Source: Flavobacteriales bacterium
GTDB taxonomy: Bacteria > Bacteroidota > Bacteroidia > Flavobacteriales_F > PHOS-HE28
Direction: 5' to 3'
Assembly: GCA_039931265.1 (NCBI GenBank)
Contig: JBDTSG010000147.1
Coordinates: 17,642 to 81,641 of the forward strand
DNA length: 64,000 nt
The notes under the pieces were generated by a model. The model made no database searches. It had not been told where the DNA came from and saw only the letters and a list, made by a program, of their open reading frames with translations. A program made the translations under genes and the position numbers. Positions 36,125-45,700 of the stretch are shown here, one piece after another. Position 1 is the first letter of the stretch; every line of letters starts with the position of its first letter.

Positions 36125-37732
36125 ATGAAAACACTTCTCCTCCCCTTCGCATTCGTGACTTCCAGCGCGCTGGCTCAATGGAGTACCGATCCCGCTGCAC
36201 CGCTGCAGGTGTGTGGTACGGCAGGAGCGCCTTCCGCGCCGAGCGTATTCTCCGATGGCTCCGGTGGCTGGTTCGCCTTCTGGACGGACAAACGCACCGA
36301 CCAGACCAACCGCGAAATCTATGGCCAGCATTTGGACCCCGACGGCATGGCGCTTTGGCCGAACGATGGAAAGCTGATACACAATGAACCCGGATCAAGC
36401 ATTGAGGAGATCGCTGCTGCGCGATTGGACAATGGCAATGTGATGATCGCGTACCTATTCCGCCCGGCGGTCTTCCAAGACACGCTGAGAGCCCTTGCGA
36501 TCGACGCCAACGGCGATCCGGTGTGGTCCGCACCGACGCACATCACACAGTGCGGCTCACCGATCCTCGGCCTTGGCGATCTGCGCGTGATGAGCACTGC
36601 TGGGGGTGCCTACGTTGCTTGGTACGACACCTACTTCGGGGGGAGCAACGGTATCAACGTTACACGGGTGACCAGCGCGGGCGATCTGCCCTGGGGTGTG
36701 GACGGCTATGCCATCCCAAGCGCGGCCTACGGACCGTATGAGTTGCTCAACGACCACGCCACTGGCGCGGTGGTGCAGTGGCGCACCGGCAACGGATCGG
36801 GTGCCCACCTGATGGCAATGCGGGTTGATAGCACAGGTGCGAACGTTTGGGCCGCCAACGTGCAGACCAGCGTGGGCAGCGGTGGTCTGAATTATGCCTT
36901 CCACTCCACGGTGGACGGACTTGGCGCTCATTTGACCGCCTTTGTGGACTTACCGCACCACATCGTGATGGCCCGTGTGGACACTACCGGCGCGCTCACG
37001 TACTCACCTTCGCCCGTTAGTGTTTGCACCTTCGCCAGCGATCAGGACCAGCCCATGGTGGTGGTGAGCGAGGGCTACACCTTTGTTGCTTGGACCGACA
37101 ACCGCCCACCTGCGAACTATAGGGACTTATATCTGCAGAAGCTGGATGCCGACGGTCTACCACAATGGGACCCCGATGGTGTGGCCGCCATCCAATTGAA
37201 CACGTACATACCCACTCCCGGACTTGTCTTATCCGATAGCGGTGCGGTGATCGCCACCATCGACGCGAACGTTGCAGGCTATTCCGCCATGCGTATGCGC
37301 GCGGATGGCACCGCCGCCTGGCCAGCGCCTGTGCAATTCTGCACACCCGCGTTCAATCCGTTCTACACCTCGCAAACACAACATGCCGATGGAGAAGGTG
37401 GTGTGGTGAGCTTCTGGCTCTCCAGCGGCATTGCGATCCACGCCGCGCGCATCCATCGGAACGGATCGCTCAACAACGATGTGGGCATCGATGAACATGC
37501 TTCCTCGACCAGCATTGCCGCTTATCCGAACCCAGCGAACGATCTGATCACCTTCACCTTGCCCGCCAACGAGCGGGCCACGCGGATCGAACTGATCAAC
37601 ATGACCGGCGCCATCGTTGCACATCACAGTAGAACAGGCACGATCAATATCCATGCGCTCCATGCCGGCAGCTACACCGCGCGCATCCGTACGGCGCATG
37701 GTGTGTACTTCTCCCGCTTCATCAAACTTTGA
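36125..37732 (+). CDS. T9SS-sorted secreted protein
   Basis: Signal MKTLLLPFAFVTSSALAQ; C terminus IAAYPNPANDLITFTL...ATRIELINMTGAIV...GSYTARIRTAHGVYFSRFIKL. Confidence 0.7.
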   Translation: MKTLLLPFAFVTSSALAQWSTDPAAPLQVCGTAGAPSAPSVFSDGSGGWFAFWTDKRTDQTNREIYGQHLDPDGMALWPNDGKLIHNEPGSSIEEIAAARLDNGNVMIAYLFRPAVFQDTLRALAIDANGDPVWSAPTHITQCGSPILGLGDLRVMSTAGGAYVAWYDTYFGGSNGINVTRVTSAGDLPWGVDGYAIPSAAYGPYELLNDHATGAVVQWRTGNGSGAHLMAMRVDSTGANVWAANVQTSVGSGGLNYAFHSTVDGLGAHLTAFVDLPHHIVMARVDTTGALTYSPSPVSVCTFASDQDQPMVVVSEGYTFVAWTDNRPPANYRDLYLQKLDADGLPQWDPDGVAAIQLNTYIPTPGLVLSDSGAVIATIDANVAGYSAMRMRADGTAAWPAPVQFCTPAFNPFYTSQTQHADGEGGVVSFWLSSGIAIHAARIHRNGSLNNDVGIDEHASSTSIAAYPNPANDLITFTLPANERATRIELINMTGAIVAHHSRTGTINIHALHAGSYTARIRTAHGVYFSRFIKL

Positions 37733-37851
37733 ACGACAACGCGCATCGTTCCATCATCAGGTTGACCACCGAGGTCCTGAAGAGGGCGACCGATGGGCCC
37801 AACGTTCCAAGGGCATCATCGTTCACTAACAGCCGTGTGTACCTACGGCCG

Positions 37852-38502
37852 CTACTGCCAAGCGTCCTGCTTCCTGAACGGTGATCGTTCCATCCAACGC
37901 ACGTTGCGCCATAGGCCGAAGAGCAATGCGTACGCGAACCATGCGGTGATCGTGCCGATCAGGGCTCCAGCAACAACATCTTCCGTGAAATGTTGGCTGA
38001 TCCATACCCTGCTACCGGCCAGTAGCACGGCAACAACGGCCAGCACGATGGACCAGCCACGCTGGTCGATGAGCAGAGCCACCGACAGACAGAGACCGAA
38101 AGCAGCAGCGCTATGGCCGCTGGGAAAACTGAAATGCTGCATCAACTCCGTTCCCTCGGGTATGCGCAGGCCGGGCATCTGTTCCAAGAAGTACCCGGGG
38201 CGATGGGCTGCGAAAACACTGCGTTTCAATGTTTGTACTGCCAAGGAACCGAGCAGCGATGCTCCTCCGACCAACAGCATGCTCCTCCAACTGCGCCACA
38301 AGAGAGCCAATGCGATCACGCCGGTGAGGTAGCCATCAGCGATATGCGTCCCGTACACGAAGATGGGGTCGGCCCACTGCGGCAAGGAGGCGTTGATGCG
38401 CTGGTGCAATTCCAATTGGGTGTTTCCCAGCATGAGCCCGACCGCAACCCCGCACCACGCCAACAGCACGATCATGAAGGGCAGCAACGCGCGGTTCGCC
38501 AT
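37852..38502 (-). CDS. PAP2 family phosphatase (membrane)
   Basis: KRSVFAAHRP...PSGHSAAAF...SRVWISQHFTEDVVAG is the PAP2 KxxxxxxRP / PSGH / SRxxxxxHxxxD signature. Confidence 0.8.
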   Translation of the reverse strand: MANRALLPFMIVLLAWCGVAVGLMLGNTQLELHQRINASLPQWADPIFVYGTHIADGYLTGVIALALLWRSWRSMLLVGGASLLGSLAVQTLKRSVFAAHRPGYFLEQMPGLRIPEGTELMQHFSFPSGHSAAAFGLCLSVALLIDQRGWSIVLAVVAVLLAGSRVWISQHFTEDVVAGALIGTITAWFAYALLFGLWRNVRWMERSPFRKQDAWQ

Positions 38503-38850
38503 GCGCTAAATGTAGAAGGACGATCCAACAGCAAAGAGTGCAGAAGTGATCGGCCCTTTACTGCGATCGTGGTATTGAGCAGGTGTGCACACCGCTTGAC
38601 TTTCGCACCCGTCATCGGGCATCCATCCGGTGATCAACACCCGAATACCATGGCTACCATCGGCAAGAGATTCGCTGAGCGCACGCAGGATAAGCAGATG
38701 AACAAGATGTTGGACGCCGGCACGAAAGCGGTCCTCTCCGCAGTGCTCACCGAGCCGCGCTGCACCGGGCTCAACGCCTACCTGCGGGCCAGGGGCAGGA
38801 CCGGTTCCAAATAGACGTGGGCCACGCTCCCTGCTCGGGGAAAGTTCCGA

Positions 38851-41800
38851 TCAGGGCAGTTGCTCCTGGCGTGTTGTCGTAGGAACGCTTCCGCCAACGT
38901 TCACCAGGATCGGATCGCGATCGTTGTTCACACCGATGTACTTGGTGACGCCATCGAGGTTGATGTCCGTGACCATGTAGCCCGGTGTGGTGTTCGTGGG
39001 TACACTGCCACCGATGTTCACCAGGATCGGATCGCGATCGTTGTTGGTGCCGATGTACTTCAACATGTTGTCGCGCACCACGTTGCCGCTCCATTGTGCC
39101 CATTTGCCATTGGGAAGTTGTGTGCGGGCCTGCGTGCCATAGGTGGCGGTGGTGGTCAGCGTGAAGTCAATGCTCTTCTCGTCCTTGTTCAACAGGGTGC
39201 TCGTGCCGATCATCACCCCGAAGTGGTTGCGGTGGCGAACAGCGATGAAGTAGTTGTCGCTGGCAACGTTGAAGAGCATCCGAGGGTAACCATCGGTGCC
39301 TATGATATCCCCGTCGCGTTGCAACAAGGCGCTCCGCGTTGCAAGCACCTGCGCACTGTTGTTCTTGTTGCGCAGTTCAACCAGCACCCAATCCACGATC
39401 GCGTTCTGGCCGGTTACAGCAAGCATTCCCGGCGATACCGTCTCCCCTCCTCCACCTCCGGCATGCGTAAAGCCGAGGCCCGTGAAGGGTTCGGTCGACG
39501 GAATGAACCCTTGCGCGCGAAGGTCATCGCGCATCAATCCGGTGTTCGTGTCGAAGGCACCCTGCAATACCGTCCGCAGTTTCACACTCGGTGAACAATC
39601 CTGCCAACGTGCCAGATAAGCGCCCGCTACGATGGTGCGCGTCGGAACGCTCGGCCGTTCCCAGCGCACCGTCATATGATCGCTTCCTGTTCCCTCCTTC
39701 TGCAGAAACTCGAAGTAGTAGTACACGCCTGCTTGCAACTGTATGCCTGCGCTGCGCTGGGTTGGGTACTTGGCGTACTCGGTATCGTTCGTCCAGCCCG
39801 CAACACTGGCGATCTGCTGCTTCAATTCAGGCTTGGCATTGAGGCTCAGATACAGAACGGAAGCCTCATTGCTCGTAACCGTGAAATAGAACAGTCCCGT
39901 CTCCGGCGCTATGATGTAGCCACGCATGCGTGTGCCGGTATTGTCGCCCCAGTTGGTCGGTCCCTGGATGCTCGTTGGGAATGAAGATCCGTTCGGGCTG
40001 TTCGGATAGTTGGCGTTGCTCGTAAGGTCGCTCACCGCTACACCGGAACCGATACCCGTCCAGAATTCGCGCAGTATGCTGCCAGCTGCACCAACGCACT
40101 GGGGTGGGTCCAAAGAGATGACACTGATAACGCGCGACGCATGCCCGACCAAGCCTTCATTGTCCGTTACGGTGAGGGTTACCACATGATCGCCAGCGCT
40201 GGTGAAAGTCTTGCTTGGCGACGGTCCGGTGCTCATTGTACCATCCCCGAAATCCCAGGCATAGCTCGCTATGGTCCCGTTGTCAGTGCTTGATGATCCA
40301 CTGAAATTAACCGGGAGCGGCGCTTGCCCGGAGCTTACGTTGGCGACGATCACCGCCACGGGCGGGGTATTGGCGCAACGCGGTTGCAGGTCATGCGTAA
40401 CGGTCGTGCTCAATCCCTTTGAATCAGTAACCGTGTATTTCACCTCGTACCAATAGTCGTCGATCGCGCAACCGACACCACTGATCACGGTGTTCGTTGT
40501 GGCGGTGTAGACGGGACTTTCGGGGTGCGTGTGGTTGTTGTGGTGGAAGATCGTTTGCCACTGGTGCGTCAATGGCAGGGAGTTGGGTTCAAGGTCGATT
40601 GCCGTTCCAGCACAGGCGTAGGTCGTATCCACACCCACCGGGTAGTGATGTCCATCCGGAAAGCTCGTAATGCTCACCAAGGGTGGCGTGTTGTTCACGC
40701 TGACGATCAGCGTTGCCGTGTTGAAGGCACTGCTCGGGTCGAGCACCGTTAACGTGACGTTGTATGTGATCGGGTTGCCGTTGAGCGGTGTGTACGTGTG
40801 CAGTGGGTTGGGCAACGAACTGTTCGGTGTGCCATCACCGAAGTTCCAACTGTAAGTGAGGGCTGCGTTCTCCGGATCGGTACTGTTGCTGCCTGTGAAC
40901 TGCACCGTGAGCGGGCCAGGCCCGTACTGCACGTTCTGTTGCGCAACAGCGGCTGGGGGCAAATTGGTCACCCCGATGGGGGCGATCTTCCGAATGGTGT
41001 AGGTATCGTAGCGTATGTACCAAAGCGCGTGGTCGGGGCCCTCTGTAATGAATACCACCGGCCCTAGAATGTCACCGAAGCTGGCCACGCTCACCGGACC
41101 ATTGTCCGCATTGAACGTGAACCGGCGGATCCACGCACCAGCGTAGTCGGCGTTGAAGTACACGTTCTGGTAACCGAGCGGCCAACCAATACCCGTAAGC
41201 CATGTACCGCCAACGGACGCGCTGCCGCCGAACCGGGGCCCCGTTACCGGGCTACCGGGCATATCGATGTCGAAGGTCACTGCAGTATTACCACTGAACC
41301 CTGCACAACGGCTGCGGTTCGCATGCGCCCAGTCGATCTTCGGTCGGCTGTGGAACCAGTGCGGCACCTCCAGCGGCACTTGCACCGCCGCATTGCACGG
41401 ATTCGGATGGCCGTTCAGGGGCATTTGCGTTTCCTGTTTGAGCAGGTCCTTGAAGTTGAAGTACTGCTGCGTGCATCCTCCGGTACCGAACAGCGGGTTC
41501 GGCATGTCGGGATTCGCAGTGGGTACGGTGTCGAACGCCAAATGGCTTTCCATTCCCTCGTACAAAGGCCACCCGAAATTCTGGCCGGGGTCGGTACAAA
41601 CGTTCAGTTCCTCCCAATCATCAGAACCGACATCACCGATGTAGAAAGCCCCGGGGTTCCCATCGGCCGGGTTGGCGCTGCCGCTACCGGGGCGGCGTGT
41701 CATACGGTACGGATTGCGCAGGCCCGAGGCCCAGACCCGGCTCTTGGGCGCACGCGGTTGCAACGGATCATAGTACGGGTTGCTCGGAACGCCATCGCCC

Positions 41801-42564
41801 GTGTTCGGGTCGATCCTCAGAAGTTTTCCGTTGTAGCAATTGAGCAGTTGGCTCCTGAACGAACCGATGTTCTCGTTCGGGCGGATGATGCTGTCGTTGA
41901 GCGCTTGGCTCCAGTAGGTCTCACTCGCACTACCAAAGTCATTGGAGCTGTAGCTCCCTCCGTCACCAACGGTGGCCATCAAGGTGCCGTCGGCGCCGAA
42001 AACCAGTTGGCCGGTGCTGTGACTTTCGTGCAGTAAGGGCACTCCTGTCTTCTTGGTTTCACCCAATAGGACCACTCGGCTGTTGTCATCCACCGTATTG
42101 AAGTTGGGACCGATCGCGGTGTACCGCGTGATCCGCATGATCGTCGCTGAGAAGTAGTCGTTCACGAAAATGCTGTAGTTGTCAGTGCCATAGTTCAGGA
42201 GGTGGTGGCGATCAACAGCGTACAAAGCGTAGATGCGTCCATTGCTAAGGAAGTTGGGATCGAGCGTAAAGCCCAGAAAACCATGATCACGCCATTCACC
42301 CACTTCGGTATTGATGTCCAGGAGCGGCGGGTTCAATTTCACACCGTTCTCCACGATCCACACGATGCCGGCTTTCTCCCATACGTACATCCGGCCGTTG
42401 GCATCGAACGTGAACCCCACCGGTGCGTTGAACCCGCCCATCACCAACGCATCGGTGAAACCTGACGGAACGGACTGCGAACTGACCTTGGTCGATGAGA
42501 ATGCGAACAGCATTAGGGCGATCACCCACGCCGAGAAGGGGTCAGAGTTGATGGTCCGGTTCAT
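38851..42564 (-). CDS. Large secreted multidomain protein A (GSDH-like beta-propeller + PKD repeats + PA14 + unassigned C-terminal module)
   Basis: Signal MNRTINSDPFSAWVIALMLFAFS. SVPSGFTDALVMGGFNAPVGFTFDANGRMYVWEKAG is GSDH-like. PKD-like repeats follow (...DPENAALTYSWNFGDGT...). The PA14-like block is GYIIAPETGLFYFTV...YYYFEFLQKEG. The C terminus carries two NNDRDPILVN(I/V)GGSVPT repeats. Confidence 0.8.
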   Translation of the reverse strand: MNRTINSDPFSAWVIALMLFAFSSTKVSSQSVPSGFTDALVMGGFNAPVGFTFDANGRMYVWEKAGIVWIVENGVKLNPPLLDINTEVGEWRDHGFLGFTLDPNFLSNGRIYALYAVDRHHLLNYGTDNYSIFVNDYFSATIMRITRYTAIGPNFNTVDDNSRVVLLGETKKTGVPLLHESHSTGQLVFGADGTLMATVGDGGSYSSNDFGSASETYWSQALNDSIIRPNENIGSFRSQLLNCYNGKLLRIDPNTGDGVPSNPYYDPLQPRAPKSRVWASGLRNPYRMTRRPGSGSANPADGNPGAFYIGDVGSDDWEELNVCTDPGQNFGWPLYEGMESHLAFDTVPTANPDMPNPLFGTGGCTQQYFNFKDLLKQETQMPLNGHPNPCNAAVQVPLEVPHWFHSRPKIDWAHANRSRCAGFSGNTAVTFDIDMPGSPVTGPRFGGSASVGGTWLTGIGWPLGYQNVYFNADYAGAWIRRFTFNADNGPVSVASFGDILGPVVFITEGPDHALWYIRYDTYTIRKIAPIGVTNLPPAAVAQQNVQYGPGPLTVQFTGSNSTDPENAALTYSWNFGDGTPNSSLPNPLHTYTPLNGNPITYNVTLTVLDPSSAFNTATLIVSVNNTPPLVSITSFPDGHHYPVGVDTTYACAGTAIDLEPNSLPLTHQWQTIFHHNNHTHPESPVYTATTNTVISGVGCAIDDYWYEVKYTVTDSKGLSTTVTHDLQPRCANTPPVAVIVANVSSGQAPLPVNFSGSSSTDNGTIASYAWDFGDGTMSTGPSPSKTFTSAGDHVVTLTVTDNEGLVGHASRVISVISLDPPQCVGAAGSILREFWTGIGSGVAVSDLTSNANYPNSPNGSSFPTSIQGPTNWGDNTGTRMRGYIIAPETGLFYFTVTSNEASVLYLSLNAKPELKQQIASVAGWTNDTEYAKYPTQRSAGIQLQAGVYYYFEFLQKEGTGSDHMTVRWERPSVPTRTIVAGAYLARWQDCSPSVKLRTVLQGAFDTNTGLMRDDLRAQGFIPSTEPFTGLGFTHAGGGGGETVSPGMLAVTGQNAIVDWVLVELRNKNNSAQVLATRSALLQRDGDIIGTDGYPRMLFNVASDNYFIAVRHRNHFGVMIGTSTLLNKDEKSIDFTLTTTATYGTQARTQLPNGKWAQWSGNVVRDNMLKYIGTNNDRDPILVNIGGSVPTNTTPGYMVTDINLDGVTKYIGVNNDRDPILVNVGGSVPTTTRQEQLP
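39023..39663. repeat. 641-bp tract 100% identical to 42920..43560 (paralog gene-conversion block)
   Basis: A hand comparison of both copies shows no mismatches across the tract, while the flanks diverge immediately (~85% identity). Confidence 0.8.
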
Positions 42565-42747
42565 TCGAAGGTCAATGTTGAAGATCGGGCGAGGCAAGCT
42601 ATCCGGTGTTTCAATACGGGTCAAGGTGCCACCAGAACGATCCCATGGGCGCGGAACGGACCTCCCTTGACATGTCCTCACCGGCAGCACGCCGCACTTC
42701 GTGAAGGGAACCCTGGGGCCATGGCAGCGCGAGGCCTGAGGCTTCCA

Positions 42748-45700
42748 TCACGGCAGTTGCTCCTGCTTTGTCGCTGTCGGCAGGGATCCACCCAAGTTCA
42801 CCAGGATCAGGTCGCGATCGTTGTTCGTGCCGATGTACTTGGTCGATCCGTCAAGGTTTATGTCCGTCTGCTGGTAACCCTGGGCCGTGTTGGTGGGAAC
42901 AAGCCCGCCGATACCCACGAGGATCGGATCGCGATCGTTGTTGGTGCCGATGTACTTCAACATGTTGTCGCGCACCACGTTGCCGCTCCATTGTGCCCAT
43001 TTGCCATTGGGAAGTTGTGTGCGGGCCTGCGTGCCATAGGTGGCGGTGGTGGTCAGCGTGAAGTCAATGCTCTTCTCGTCCTTGTTCAACAGGGTGCTCG
43101 TGCCGATCATCACCCCGAAGTGGTTGCGGTGGCGAACAGCGATGAAGTAGTTGTCGCTGGCAACGTTGAAGAGCATCCGAGGGTAACCATCGGTGCCTAT
43201 GATATCCCCGTCGCGTTGCAACAAGGCGCTCCGCGTTGCAAGCACCTGCGCACTGTTGTTCTTGTTGCGCAGTTCAACCAGCACCCAATCCACGATCGCG
43301 TTCTGGCCGGTTACAGCAAGCATTCCCGGCGATACCGTCTCCCCTCCTCCACCTCCGGCATGCGTAAAGCCGAGGCCCGTGAAGGGTTCGGTCGACGGAA
43401 TGAACCCTTGCGCGCGAAGGTCATCGCGCATCAATCCGGTGTTCGTGTCGAAGGCACCCTGCAATACCGTCCGCAGTTTCACACTCGGTGAACAATCCTG
43501 CCAACGTGCCAGATAAGCGCCCGCTACGATGGTGCGCGTCGGAACGCTCGGCCGTTCCCAACGCACTGCCATGTGATCGCCGCCACCGCCTTCCTTCTGC
43601 AAGAACTCGAAGTAGTAGTACACACCCGCCTGCAACTGGACCCCTGCGCTCCTTTGCGTCCCGTACTTGGTGTATTCCGTTTCGTTCGTCCAACCCGGTA
43701 CGCTGGCGATCTGTTGCTTCAATTCAGGCTTGGCGTTCAGACTTAAATACAGGATCGAGGCATCATCGCTGGTCACGGTGAAGTAGTAGAGCCCGGTTTC
43801 AGGAGCGATGATGTAGCCGCGCATTCGGGTACCGTAGTTGTCGCCCCAGTTGGTCGGTCCTTGAATGCTCGTTGGGAACGAAGATCCATTGGGGCTGTTC
43901 GGGTAGTTCGCGTTGCTCGTAAGGTCGCTCACCGCTACACCGGAACCGATACCCGTCCAGTATTCACGCAGTATGCTGCCCGCTGCGCCAACGCATTGGG
44001 GTGGATCGAACGTGATCACGCTGATCATGCGCGATGCGTGACCGACCAGACCATCGTTATCCGTGACCGTAAGGGTTACTACATGATCACCCGTGCTGGT
44101 GAACGTTTTGCTCGGCGCTGATGAAGTACTTGTGGTGCCATCGCCGAAATCCCAGGCGTAGCTCACGATCGTACCATTGTCCACACTGGTACCGCCATTG
44201 AAGTTCACCGCCAACGGACCTTGGCCTGCGCTTACGTTGCTGACGATCACTGCCGTGGGCGCAATGCTGCTGCAACGCGGCTGCAGATCATACACAACGG
44301 TCGTGCTCAGCCCTTGAACATCGGTTACCGTGTACTTCACCTCGTACCAGTAATCATCGGTGTAGCAACCGAGACCGCTGATCACGGTGCTCGTCGTCAC
44401 TGCGGTAACGGGGCTCTCGGGGTGAACGTGGTTGTTGTGGTGGAAGATCGTTTGCCACTGATGCGTCAATGGCAAGGAGTTGGGCTCAGGATCAGTTGCT
44501 GTTCCAGCACAGGCGTAGATCGTATCCACCCCGAGCGGATAGAAGTGCCCGTCCGGGAAACTCGTTATGCTCACCACAGGCGGCGTATTGTTCACGCTGA
44601 CGATCAGCGTTGCCGTGTTGAAAGCGCTGCTCGGGTCGAGCACCGTTAACGTGACGTTATATGAGATCGGGTTGCCGTTGAGCGGTGTGAAGGTGTGCTG
44701 TGGGTTGGGTAGCGAACTGTTCGTTGTGCCATCACCGAAGTTCCAGATGTAGGTAAGCGCGGCGTTCTCCGGATCGGTGCTGTTGCTGCCGGTGAACTGC
44801 ACCGTGAGCGGGCCGGGCCCGTACTGCACGTTCTGCTGTGCCACAGCGGCCGGGGGCAGATTCGTGACCCCGATGGGCATCACCTTCCTAATGGCACCGG
44901 TATCGTAACGCACATACCACAAACCACCGTCAGGACCTTCCTTCACGAAGACAACTGCGCCCATGCTCGAACCGAAGTTGGCCACGTTCACTGGTTTGTT
45001 GTCTGCATTGAACGTGAACCGTTTGATCCAAGCGCCCGGGTAGTCGGCATTGAAATATGTGTTCTGGTACCCGATCGGCCAACCGATGCCCGTAAGCCAT
45101 GTGCCACCAACCGAGGCATTCCCGCCGAAGCGTGGCCCCGGCACCGGACTTCCAACAGCATCGAGATCAAAGGTCACTGCCGTGTTGCCGCTGAAACCGC
45201 CACAACGGCTGCGGTTGCCATGTTGCCAATCGATCGCGGGGCGGCTATGGAACCAATGCGGCACGTTCACGGGTACCTGTACCGCGGCATCGCAAGGGTT
45301 CGGGTGACCGTTGAGGTGTACCGGTGTGTCCTGCTTCAAGAGATCCTGGAAGTTGAAGTACTGCTGCGCGCATGATCCTGTGCCATAAAGCGGGTTCGGC
45401 ATATCCAAGTTGGGCGTGAGCGCGGCCGCGTAGCTCGTGTTGTTCTCCAATCCTTCGAAGATGGGCCAGCCGAAATTCTGGCCGGGGTCGGTGCTCACTT
45501 GCAGGTCTTCCCATGTACCCCAGCCCACATCACCGATATAGAATACGCCCGGGTTGCCATCCGCCGGGTTGGTACTGCCGCTACCGGGTCGGCGTGTCAT
45601 GCGGAACGGGTTCCTCAACCCCATTGCCCAAACACGGCTTTTCGGTGCACGTGGCTGAAGCGGGTCGTAGTAAGGATTGCTCGGTACGCCATTGCCCGTG

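Noticed and set aside
38860-39594. 244-aa plus ORF (and its twin 42667..43491)
   Set aside because: They are antisense shadow ORFs inside giant paralogs A and B. Their identity to each other simply reflects the 641-bp conversion tract.
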